Below are positions 8,726 through 17,379 of a DNA stretch of 64,000 nt, in pieces. The stretch comes from Escherichia coli (GTDB lineage Bacteria; Pseudomonadota; Gammaproteobacteria; Enterobacterales; Enterobacteriaceae), in assembly GCF_003991155.1 (NCBI RefSeq), contig NZ_CP031295.1; one strand, 5' to 3'. The stretch's first letter is position 1; every line of letters begins with the position of its first letter. The notes under the pieces are model-generated. The model was not told the origin of the DNA, did no database searches, and saw nothing but the letters and a program-made list of their open reading frames with translations. The translations under genes were made by a program, and so were the position numbers.

Positions 8726-9997
8726 TCAGAATGAAGCAATGGGGATCTCAGTCCATTGTGTTGTATACGAAGGCGAGAGCATTTCCCGTTTCATTTGCCA
8801 TTCAGGGGCGGTTCCTCGCCCCGCAAACCACACTTTCCCTTTTCCAGACTGGTTCAGTTCATCGAGTGTTTTCATTAACTTTTCGCTGTTTTTACGGGGC
8901 TGGATCTCATCAAATAATCCCGGCTGCGCTATACCCGATGGTGTGAAATCAGCCAGCATGACTCCTGCCTTCATATAGCGGTACCCTTCACGCCAGACAT
9001 GGTTTAACGCTCTGCATGCTGCGGCAATAATGTCCCGGCTGTCCTGTGTGGGTAATGGAAGCTTTTCCACAGCGGCATTGCTGTAACAGGGTTCTTTTAC
9101 TGCAAAGGGGGATGTCCGTACAAATGTCGTCACCTGCCGGCAATACTGACGCTCCCCACGTAGTTTCTCTGCGGCCCGCTCTGCATACTGAACAACAGCC
9201 TGGTGCATGGCATCTTTGTCTGTGATTCGTTCACCAAAACTGCGACTACAGACAATCTGCTGTTTTGCCGGTGGTGCTTCTTCCAGGGATATGCAGGACT
9301 CGCCGTTGAGTTCGCGTACCGTACGCTCAAGAATGACGCTGAAGTTTTTCCGGATGAATGCCGTGTTAGCCTGCGCCAGCTGCAGTGCTGTGTTAATACC
9401 CAGCGCATTCAGCTTTTCCGTCAGTCTGCGTCCTACTCCCCAGACCTCACCAACTGGCTGCAGCCCCAGTAGCTTCAAGATCCGATTACGGTTTTCTGCC
9501 TCCAGCGCGACCACACCGGAAAACTGTGGCCATTGCTTTGTTGCCCACTGTGCACTTTTAGCCAGCGTTTTTGTAGGCGCAATGCCCACCCCCATGGTGA
9601 GTCCTGTCCAGCTCTTTACCTGTTCCCTGAGCTGATGACCAAAAACCTCCGGAGAGATGCAATGATTTATCCCCCGCAAATCAATGAACATTTCATCAAT
9701 TGAGTAGGGCTCAACTGCGGGAGAAAGCGACTCCAGAACAGCCATGACCCGTTGGCTCATGCTGTGGTACAGCGCATAATTGCTGGAAAATACATGTATT
9801 TTCTTCTCCAGGCGCATCTGTCTCACCTGAAACCAGGGCTGCCCCATTCTGATGCCAAGGGCTTTTGCCTCCGGGCTGCGCGCGATCACACAGCCATCGT
9901 TATTGCTGAGTACGATGACCGGTTCGTTGCGAAGGTCCGGGCGGAAAACTTTTTCACATGAGGCGTAGAAACTGTTGATATCAGCCAGTGCAAACAT
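8726..9997 (-). CDS. impB: error-prone Y-family polymerase subunit (UmuC/ImpB family)
   Basis: MFALADINSFYASCEKVFRP... N-terminus typical of UmuC/MucB/ImpB; 423 aa. Confidence 0.9.
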   Translation of the reverse strand: MFALADINSFYASCEKVFRPDLRNEPVIVLSNNDGCVIARSPEAKALGIRMGQPWFQVRQMRLEKKIHVFSSNYALYHSMSQRVMAVLESLSPAVEPYSIDEMFIDLRGINHCISPEVFGHQLREQVKSWTGLTMGVGIAPTKTLAKSAQWATKQWPQFSGVVALEAENRNRILKLLGLQPVGEVWGVGRRLTEKLNALGINTALQLAQANTAFIRKNFSVILERTVRELNGESCISLEEAPPAKQQIVCSRSFGERITDKDAMHQAVVQYAERAAEKLRGERQYCRQVTTFVRTSPFAVKEPCYSNAAVEKLPLPTQDSRDIIAAACRALNHVWREGYRYMKAGVMLADFTPSGIAQPGLFDEIQPRKNSEKLMKTLDELNQSGKGKVWFAGRGTAPEWQMKREMLSPSYTTQWTEIPIASF

Positions 9998-10434
9998 CAG
10001 CGTAACTCCCGCGTCCTGTGTATCACGTGAGTGACAACACCAAAAATACAGATGTTTTCCGGATACAGTGTGCGGAATTCCGGGCTGTCTGAAACCGGCT
10101 CCAGTGCCGGGCGTGGGCGCAACAGCAGTCGTTTGACGGTGAACTCACCGTCGATCTCAGCGATAACGATGTCCCCGTGTTGTGGTTTCTCGGCCCTGTC
10201 CACTACCAGCAGATCACCATTCTGCACGCCAGCCTGGTTCATCGATTCACCGCTGGCGCGCAGAAAGAAGGTGGCTGCAGGTCTGCTGATGCAATAGCTG
10301 TTCAGATCCAGTTCCTGCTCAGCATAATCAGTGGCAGGCGAAGGAAAACCGGCCTGGCAACGATCGGCAAACAACGGTCGCACGTAACTGTCATCGCCTG
10401 AAGGGTCAGCCGGACGGTGATAAACGGTACTCAT
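9997..10434 (-). CDS. impA: UmuD/ImpA-like S24 peptidase
   Basis: LexA-type autocleaving domain with SGESM serine motif; translationally coupled to impB. Confidence 0.85.
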   Translation of the reverse strand: MSTVYHRPADPSGDDSYVRPLFADRCQAGFPSPATDYAEQELDLNSYCISRPAATFFLRASGESMNQAGVQNGDLLVVDRAEKPQHGDIVIAEIDGEFTVKRLLLRPRPALEPVSDSPEFRTLYPENICIFGVVTHVIHRTRELR

Positions 10435-10679
10435 GCTGCAGGCAGCCAGCTGTCGTCCTGCCAGATTTCTTCCAGCAGAGACAGGATACGTTCTTTATCC
10501 TTGTCGTTGCGGGCTCCTGTGACAGATACAGACGGGGCGCTGCCCTGGTCAATACGCAGCCAGATTTCCGGGTAGTGTGGTTTCAGACGTTGTTCGATTT
10601 CATTCTGTAGCGCCTGAAGTGTGCCTGATTTGAGGTTTTTTGTGCTCTGGCGGTCGAAAAGAATTTCAATGCGGATCAT
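10431..10679 (-). CDS. impC: ImpC-like small protein
   Basis: First gene of the three-gene operon; start placed at MIRIEILFDRQ (ATG 10677-10679). Confidence 0.7.
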   Translation of the reverse strand: MIRIEILFDRQSTKNLKSGTLQALQNEIEQRLKPHYPEIWLRIDQGSAPSVSVTGARNDKDKERILSLLEEIWQDDSWLPAA

Positions 10680-10702
10680 GTTCTCATCTCCCTTTTTTAT
10701 TG

Positions 10703-10718
10703 CTGTATGTATATACAG
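10703..10718. promoter_or_regulatory. LexA box (SOS operator) upstream of impC
   Basis: CTGTATGTATATACAG fits the CTGT-N8-ACAG consensus, about 25 bp upstream of the impC start. Confidence 0.75.
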
Positions 10719-11072
10719 TATTCTAATAACTGAATCCACACACAGTCAAATGTCATTATTGTGACTAAAAAACGCTCAATTCTCTGAGAGTGTGGCTGTA
10801 TGCCTGCTGTGGACTGCTGTGTCCAGCTTATCCACAGCATTTTGCGCACGGTTCTGTGAATAAAATACCTGGTTACCCAGGCCGTGCCGGCACGTTAACC
10901 GGGCTGCATCCGATGCAAGTGTGTCGCTGTCGCCGGCCTCCTCACCCGGTCACGTTTCGTCGTTCCTCCTCCACGCGCTGCGGCTTCGGGGCCGCACCTG
11001 CATTCGTATGCGGTCGCCCGGTTACAGGTGCGGCACGGCCTGATGGAGGCCGCATGTGAGAGGAGAATTCCC

Positions 11073-11999
11073 ATGCCAAACTGGTGCTCGAATCGTATGC
11101 ATTTTTCTGGTGAACCGGCACAGATTGCTGAGATTAAACGACTGGCCAGCGGTGCCGTCACACCGCTTTATCGCCGCGCCACAAATGAAGGTATTCAGCT
11201 GTTTCTGGCCGGAAGTGCCGGACTTCTGCAGACCACTGAAGATGTGCAGTTTGAACCGTGCCCCGGACTGACGGATGCCGGACGTGGTGTTGTATCGCCG
11301 GAGAATATCGCGTTCACCCGCTGGCTGACACACCTGCAGAACGGTGTACTGCTGGATGAGCAAAACTGCCTGATGCTGCATGAACTCTGGCTGCAGAGTG
11401 GTACTGGCCAGCGTCGCTGGGAAGGATTACCGGATGAGGTCAGGGAAACCATCACCGTGCATTTCACCGCAAAAAGAGGTGACTGGTGTGGCTTCTGGAG
11501 TAACGAGGATGTATCGGTGTGGTGGAACCGTCTGTGTGACAATGTACTGCCGGAAAAAACCATGCCGTTTGACCTGCTGACGGTTCTGCCCACCCGCCTG
11601 GATGTTGAAGTGAATGGCTTTAACGGTGGTGTTCTGAACGGTGTTCCTTCTGCGTATCACTGGTATACGGAACAGTATGGCGTGAAGTGGCCTGTGGGGT
11701 ATGAGGTGAATATCAGCCGTCAGGGAGAAAACTTCATTCAAGTGGATTTCGACACGCCGTGGTGTCAGCCGGAAAGCAACGTTGTTGCAGAATTAAGCCG
11801 CCGTTTCGGCTGCACGCTGGAGCACTGGTACGCCGAACAGGGCTGCAATTTCTGTGGCTGGCAGCGATATGAGCGTGGAGAGCTTGTTGATGTGCTGTGG
11901 GGGGAACTGGAATGGTCTTCCCCGACAGATGATGATGAGCTGCCGGAAGTCACCGCGCCGGAGTGGATAGTCGACAAGGTGGCGCATTACGGGGGATGA
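11073..11999 (+). CDS. conserved leading-region protein, Cys/Trp-rich, unknown function (308 aa)
   Basis: ORF with GAGAGGAG RBS; many W and C residues (PNWCSNRMHF, WCGFWSNEDVSVWWNRLC); no enzymatic motif recognised. Confidence 0.65.
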   Translation: MPNWCSNRMHFSGEPAQIAEIKRLASGAVTPLYRRATNEGIQLFLAGSAGLLQTTEDVQFEPCPGLTDAGRGVVSPENIAFTRWLTHLQNGVLLDEQNCLMLHELWLQSGTGQRRWEGLPDEVRETITVHFTAKRGDWCGFWSNEDVSVWWNRLCDNVLPEKTMPFDLLTVLPTRLDVEVNGFNGGVLNGVPSAYHWYTEQYGVKWPVGYEVNISRQGENFIQVDFDTPWCQPESNVVAELSRRFGCTLEHWYAEQGCNFCGWQRYERGELVDVLWGELEWSSPTDDDELPEVTAPEWIVDKVAHYGG

Positions 12000-12012
12000 A
12001 GTATGACGGAGA

Positions 12013-12038
12013 CGGGCGGGCAACCGCCCGTTTCTTTT
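12013..12038 (+). terminator. rho-independent terminator
   Basis: GGGCGGGCAACCGCCCG hairpin followed by TTTCTTTT. Confidence 0.6.
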
Positions 12039-12383
12039 CCGACAAAGGATGTCGCCGTGCTCCTCTTTTTACTGCGCCGGCTGACGCGGCGCGGCAGGAA
12101 CGCTGCCTGTGGTCAGTGTCCCGCGTCCGGCGGGCACGGGACGGGCGCTTTTACTGCTCCCGGCTGGCACCGGTGACAGTGTACGCCAGCCTGTCGCCCT
12201 TTTCTGATGAACGCCCTTCAAGCCGCTTTCGCGGCATATTCTCGCCGTCAAAAAGACGACGGCTGCGATATTCCACGGTCGGCCTGACCCGTTACCGGAC
12301 GCGGTGAACAGCCCACAGGCAGCGGGGAACGGGCACCACAGGGGTGCCCTCCCGGTGCCCTCTGTAAGAGAAGGAGCGTTGTT

Positions 12384-13067
12384 ATGTCCCGTTTTGTCCT
12401 TGGTAACTGCATCGATGTTATGACGCGTATCCCTGATAACGCCATTGATTTCATATTAACTGACCCGCCATATCTCGTCGGTTTTCGTGACCGTTCCGGG
12501 CGCACCATCGCCGGCGATAAAACCGATGAATGGCTGCAACCGGCCTGTAATGAAATGTACCGCGTACTCAAAAAAGACGCGCTGATGGTGAGCTTCTACG
12601 GCTGGAACCGCGTCGATCGCTTTATGGCCGCCTGGAAAAATGCGGGATTCAGCGTTGTTGGTCACCTGGTCTTCACCAAAAACTACACATCGAAGGCCGC
12701 ATATGTGGGCTATCGCCACGAATGCGCCTACATCCTGGCAAAAGGCCGTCCACGTCTGCCACAAAACCCGCTGCCGGACGTGCTGGGCTGGAAATATTCT
12801 GGCAATCGTCATCACCCGACGGAAAAGCCCGTTACCAGCCTGCAACCGCTGATTGAGAGCTTCACACACCCGAACGCAATTGTGCTGGACCCGTTTGCAG
12901 GCAGCGGCTCAACCTGCGTCGCCGCCCTCCAGTCCGGACGCCGGTATATCGGTATCGAGCTGCTTGAGCAGTATCACCGTGCCGGGCAGCAACGCCTTGC
13001 CGCCGTGCAACGGGCCATGCAGCAGGGGGCCGCGAATGATGACTGGTTTATGCCGGAGGCTGCGTAA
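12384..13067 (+). CDS. orphan DNA methyltransferase, beta-class (motif IV before motif I)
   Basis: DPPY motif (ILTDPPYLVGF) near the N-terminus and SAM-binding FAGSGST near the C-terminus; no adjacent restriction gene. Confidence 0.85.
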   Translation: MSRFVLGNCIDVMTRIPDNAIDFILTDPPYLVGFRDRSGRTIAGDKTDEWLQPACNEMYRVLKKDALMVSFYGWNRVDRFMAAWKNAGFSVVGHLVFTKNYTSKAAYVGYRHECAYILAKGRPRLPQNPLPDVLGWKYSGNRHHPTEKPVTSLQPLIESFTHPNAIVLDPFAGSGSTCVAALQSGRRYIGIELLEQYHRAGQQRLAAVQRAMQQGAANDDWFMPEAA

Positions 13068-13289
13068 ATGAACTATGCCGGACACGAAAAACTTCGCGCC
13101 GACGTGGCGGAGGTGGCCAACACCATGTGTGACCTTCGGGCCAGGCTGAACGATATGGAGCATCGCTGTCGCTTTGATTCCGATGTGCTTGTTGAACGCC
13201 TGACACGCCAGACGCTGTATCGCGCCAATCGCCTGTTTATGGAGGCGTATACCGAAATTCTGGAACTGGATTCCTGCTTCAAAGATTGA
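13068..13289 (+). CDS. hypothetical protein (73 aa)
   Basis: ATG overlaps the methyltransferase stop (translational coupling); no motif recognised. Confidence 0.5.
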   Translation: MNYAGHEKLRADVAEVANTMCDLRARLNDMEHRCRFDSDVLVERLTRQTLYRANRLFMEAYTEILELDSCFKD

Positions 13290-13302
13290 GAAGGAGACGA
13301 GA

Positions 13303-13737
13303 ATGTACGGAACATGCGAAACGCTATGCCGGGAGCTGGCAGCAAAGTATCCGGGAGACGCGCCGCTGATGCTGGTTATCTGGTCCCCGGAAGAGATTCA
13401 GGCACTGGCTGACGGTATGGAAATTTCTCTGACCGATCATGAAATCAGGACCGTCCTGGCGCGCATGGAGGACATCCCGGAAGACCAGCGGACTGAATCC
13501 GGTATTTCTTCCGCCGCGGTGATGGAGATTATCAGCAACGTGAGCGAAAACCGCCAGGTGACCGTCCCTGCTGAACTGCTGGCGTCCCTGATTCAGACCG
13601 CTGAACAGGCACTGTGGAAACGTGAGTGGGCCGCCCGTGATAACGGCCTCGCCGTCCCGGAATGCGTTACCCGCCGTCAGGCGGTGGTTAATCAGGCCCG
13701 CACCCTGCTGAAAAACAACACACACGAAAACAACTGA
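13303..13737 (+). CDS. conserved leading-region protein (144 aa), paralog of 15453..15875
   Basis: Shares N-terminal MY-x-T, SLTD-x-E and RQVTVPA motifs with the 140-aa protein at 15453; GGAG RBS. Confidence 0.65.
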   Translation: MYGTCETLCRELAAKYPGDAPLMLVIWSPEEIQALADGMEISLTDHEIRTVLARMEDIPEDQRTESGISSAAVMEIISNVSENRQVTVPAELLASLIQTAEQALWKREWAARDNGLAVPECVTRRQAVVNQARTLLKNNTHENN

Positions 13738-13787
13738 TGTTATCGCCGCCTGCCCTGCGGGCGGCGATACAGGGAGAACGCTTAATC

Positions 13788-14564
13788 ATGAACGAAAACA
13801 GCACGCTGAACGCACTGATTTGTCGTCACGCCCGTAACCTGCTGCTGGCGCAGGGCTGGCCGGAAGAGACGGATGTTGACCAGCGAAATCCGAACTATCC
13901 GGGCTGGATCAGCATTTACGTGCGGCTGGATGCGCCCCGGCTGGCGACGTTACTTATCAACCGTCACGGCGGCGTACTGCCGCCGCTCCTGGCCTCCGCC
14001 ATTCAGAGACTGACCGGAACCGGGGCGGAACTGGTACTGTCCGGCAGTCAGTGGCAGTCGCTGCCGGTACTTCCGGCAGACGGAACGCAGGTGTCTTTCC
14101 CGTATGCCGGAGAATGGCTGACCGAAGACGAAATCAGGGCTGTTCTTGATGCGGTGCACGATGCGGTACGAAGCATCTGTTACCAGGTGGCAGAAGATGC
14201 GCGGCGTATCCGTGCGGCGCTGACCACCACCGGTCAGACGTTGCTGACCCGCCAGACGCGCCGCTTTCGCCTGGTCGTGAAGGAAAGCGATCACCCCTGC
14301 TGGCTCGATGAAGATGACGAAAACCTGCCCGTGGTGCTCGATGCCATCGTGAACCGGGGAGCACGTTTTTCGTCGGTGGAAATGTATCTGGTCAGTGAGT
14401 GTATTGAGCATATCCTGTCCAGTGGGCTGGCCTGCGATGTGCTGCGTATACCGGATGAACCGCCCCGCCGCTGGTTTGACCGTGGTGTTCTGCGGGAGGT
14501 GGTCCGGGAAGCCCGGACCGAAATCCGCAGCATGGCGGATGCCCTGGCAAAAATCCGGAAATGA
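13788..14564 (+). CDS. conserved leading-region protein (258 aa), unknown function
   Basis: Long ORF; start placed at MNENSTLN (ATG 13788) just downstream of a hairpin; no motif recognised. Confidence 0.6.
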   Translation: MNENSTLNALICRHARNLLLAQGWPEETDVDQRNPNYPGWISIYVRLDAPRLATLLINRHGGVLPPLLASAIQRLTGTGAELVLSGSQWQSLPVLPADGTQVSFPYAGEWLTEDEIRAVLDAVHDAVRSICYQVAEDARRIRAALTTTGQTLLTRQTRRFRLVVKESDHPCWLDEDDENLPVVLDAIVNRGARFSSVEMYLVSECIEHILSSGLACDVLRIPDEPPRRWFDRGVLREVVREARTEIRSMADALAKIRK

Positions 14565-14571
14565 TGACGAT

Positions 14572-14596
14572 GGCGGGGAAAATCCCCGCCTTTTTC
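14572..14596 (+). terminator. rho-independent terminator
   Basis: GGCGGGGAAAATCCCCGCC hairpin followed by TTTTT. Confidence 0.7.
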
Positions 14597-14980
14597 CTGC
14601 CGGTCCCCGGACAGAGCACAAAGGAAGTCGCCGCCGGCTCCGCTTTACCCGGCCATGCAGGGCATGGCCTTGTGGTTTTTCAGTTATGTGGCCTCAGCGT
14701 CGTGTGCGGGCTGTGCCGTGCCTCCATCTTAGCCGGGCTGGCGTTGATGCAAGGGTACGCTTCGCCGCTGCGGTCACCCGGTCCCTCCTTCCCGTCTGCC
14801 GTGATTTTCCGGTCGTTCACCCGCTCAGATTTCGCGGTCTCACCCTGCAACTCCCGTCAGCCGTGTGCGTCAGGCTGCGGCTTCCCTTGCGCCCCTGCAT
14901 CCCCGCCTGTTCGCCCGGCTTTTATGGAGGCACGGCACCGCCCGGTGTCGCGGAATATGTGAACAACGGAGGAAAACATC

Positions 14981-15406
14981 ATGCAATATGCGAAACCTGT
15001 CACTCTGAATGTTGAAGAGTGCGACCGTCTCTCCTTTCTGCCGTATCTGTTTGGCAACGATTTTCTGTATGCCGAGGCGTATGTGTACGCGCTGGCGCAA
15101 AAAATGATGCCGGAATATCAGGGAGGCTTCTGGCACTTCATCCGCCTACCGGACGGTGGCGGTTACATGATGCCGGATGGCGACCGTTTCCACATGGTGA
15201 ACGGTGCAAACTGGTTTGACCGTACCGTGAGTGCTGATGCCGCAGGCATCATCCTGACCTCCCTTGTGATTAACCGCCAGTTGTGGCTGTACCACGACAG
15301 CGGGGATGCAGGACTGACCCAGCTTTACCGGATGCGCGATGCGCAGTTGTGGCGTCACATCGAATTTCACCCCGAATGCAACGCGATTTACGCGGCTCTG
15401 GACTGA
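14981..15406 (+). CDS. klcA: KlcA/ArdB-family antirestriction protein
   Basis: 141 aa; [12 protein letters not shown]...[17 protein letters not shown]...[10 protein letters not shown] resembles KlcA/ArdB as recalled. Confidence 0.8.
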   Translation: MQYAKPVTLNVEECDRLSFLPYLFGNDFLYAEAYVYALAQKMMPEYQGGFWHFIRLPDGGGYMMPDGDRFHMVNGANWFDRTVSADAAGIILTSLVINRQLWLYHDSGDAGLTQLYRMRDAQLWRHIEFHPECNAIYAALD

Positions 15407-15452
15407 TTAACGGACGGGGCGGCAATGCCGCCCCTGTAAAGGAGACGAGAAC

Positions 15453-15875
15453 ATGTACTGTACTGTTAAAGAAATTATCCGCGAAGTGCTGGATACAGAC
15501 GTGCCGGACAGTGAATGCGTTTTTGCCGTAGTGCTGACCCGTGGGGATGTGCGTCACATAGCCCAGGACTGGAGTCTGACAGACGATGAGCTGGAAACCG
15601 TCATGCAGCGGCTGGACGATGCCTTTGAATATGGTGCGGATGTCAGCGTTGTTCACGGCGTTGTTCGTGAACTGATGGAAGAAAAGCGCGCCAGCCGTCA
15701 GGTGACAGTCCCGGCGGTGATGCTGGAAAAAGTGATGGCGCTGGCAGGCAGTGAAATGAAGCGCCTGTATGCCGTCGGGAGTGAGAACGGGGGCGACGGT
15801 GACGCATTCGTCAGGGAGGAACGCGAAGCAATGGACGTTGTGTTACAGGCGCTGGACGGGGAGACGATGTCATGA
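15453..15875 (+). CDS. conserved leading-region protein (140 aa), paralog of 13303..13737
   Basis: Shared motifs with the 144-aa protein (SLTDDELETV, RQVTVPAVMLEKV). Confidence 0.65.
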   Translation: MYCTVKEIIREVLDTDVPDSECVFAVVLTRGDVRHIAQDWSLTDDELETVMQRLDDAFEYGADVSVVHGVVRELMEEKRASRQVTVPAVMLEKVMALAGSEMKRLYAVGSENGGDGDAFVREEREAMDVVLQALDGETMS

Positions 15876-16063
15876 ATATCAGCACAGAAACCCGCGAAAT
15901 TCTGCGTAATTACAGGGCCGTGATTAATGCGCGGCGTCGTGAAATGGGGCAGAAACCGCTCACCACCGCGCAGATTGTTGATGAAATCTGCGATTTTGTG
16001 GCGAATCAGCAGGCGGTTTTCCTGGGCGGTCACTACATCTTACAGGGTAGCAGAAACAGGTGA
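15872..16063 (+). CDS. small hypothetical protein (63 aa)
   Basis: Start overlaps the previous stop (ATGTCATGA); no motif. Confidence 0.5.
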   Translation: MNISTETREILRNYRAVINARRREMGQKPLTTAQIVDEICDFVANQQAVFLGGHYILQGSRNR

Positions 16064-16224
16064 TACAGGGGCAGGCGGTGGAGGCCGCCTGTCAGTCCGC
16101 GCGAAAACCCCTGGCAGGCTGACGCCTGCCGGAAGGGAAGCGGGCCACGCTGGCGCGTCGCCCGTTACCCTTCCCGTCTGTGATGTGTCTGACTCAGGAG
16201 TGTTTCTTTCTTATGTTATGGAAC

Positions 16225-16870
16225 TGTTCCTGATGTTGTTGTTCCTTTATCTGCTGCTCTGATTCTGACTACTGCAGTGTTGTTCTGTCTGCCGGGCGCA
16301 CCTTCGGCTCCCGGCTGCCTGGCGGCATCCGGTCGTCAGGCCCGACTCCGACAGGCAGCTGCTGGCGCACCCGCCAGTCTCCGCCGAACCCGCTGGCGCG
16401 GTTTCGGGCTGTCGCTACGGTCCGATGCGTGAAAACCCCGGGCTTGCAGCGACCGTTCCGGTCGCGCCACCCTTGTCGCGCCGTGGCCTGCGCTCCCGGC
16501 ATCCCGGCAAAAGGCCGCCGGGATGTAAGGGGCAACGCCGTTTCGCGCACGCGCTCTCCGTCGTTGCGGCGGGTCCCTGCTCATTGCCTGCCGGTGCCAC
16601 ACACCCGTATGAGTCCCTGTCGCCGGGGGCTGATACAGCCACAACCTGCCGCACTGACTGTCCAGGGTAAATGAACAGCCCACAAAATTTTTTACCCAAA
16701 ACCCGGTAAAAAATTTTGCGTTCTGCCCAGGACAGGTGCGTCAGGCCGTGGCAGTGATGCCCCTTGCGGCGAAGGTTCTCAAACGGGTGAAGTTCATACC
16801 ACAGGGAATACAGCAGCAGGTTCCCGCGAAACGTCAAAACCGCGGCTCCCGAAACTCAACGGGTGATGTT
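16225..16870 (+). repeat. GC-rich structured repeat, copy 1 (Frpo/ssi-like single-strand promoter candidate)
   Basis: About 650 bp near-identical to 19510-20185 and 24965-25608; internal palindrome AAAATTTTTTACC...GGTAAAAAATTTT at 16684-16718. Confidence 0.7.
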
Positions 16871-17097
16871 CTTTAAAAATCAGGATTTATTTCAGACTCC
16901 GGCAATACGCATTTATGTGTTCTGTCAGTCATCCGGCTGGCAGGTAATGAGAACGCAGGAACAGAAGGAGGAAAACACCGGAGAACGTCAGACGCAGATA
17001 TGAAAAAAGCAGGTCAGGGACCTGCTTAATCCACACCGCAGAGACTGCACGAACAGTCTTTACGGTTTCATTAATTAACGTCATAAGAGGCTAAATT

Positions 17098-17328
17098 ATG
17101 ACAGTAAGTATTGTTTCACCTTCCGCAGCGGCTGTAAAGCCCCGCCGTCATCCCCGTTTCAGACGCGAAGACATCCCCGCGCCGGAAATTGACCCCGTGC
17201 TGAAAGCCTTCGGGCGACACATTGCCCGGAGTTTTCACCGGGGGCGTGGTGTACACATCCCCGCCATGAAAAACACGGCCTTCGGGCAGGTGCTCCGCAC
17301 ACTCGAACTGAAACGCGCTTTTAACTGA
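17098..17328 (+). CDS. small basic hypothetical protein (76 aa)
   Basis: First ORF downstream of repeat copy 1; AGAGG RBS. Confidence 0.5.
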   Translation: MTVSIVSPSAAAVKPRRHPRFRREDIPAPEIDPVLKAFGRHIARSFHRGRGVHIPAMKNTAFGQVLRTLELKRAFN

Positions 17329-17379
17329 TGAGGTGAGCCGCCCCGCGAGGGGCGGCAACAGACGGAAGGAGAACATTTT

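Noticed and set aside
12456-15656. Many minus-strand ORFs (for example 12456-12869, 13324-13725, 13950-14621, 15270-15656) antisense to leading-region genes
   Set aside because: Each is fully contained within a better-supported + strand gene with an RBS and recognisable motifs; high GC content inflates antisense ORF length.
16269-16837. Several 80-140 aa ORFs on both strands inside the GC-rich repeats (also 19568-20148 and 24995-25565)
   Set aside because: They lie in a thrice-repeated, highly structured GC-rich element, overlap one another in multiple frames and lack ribosome-binding sites; more likely compositional artefacts than genes.
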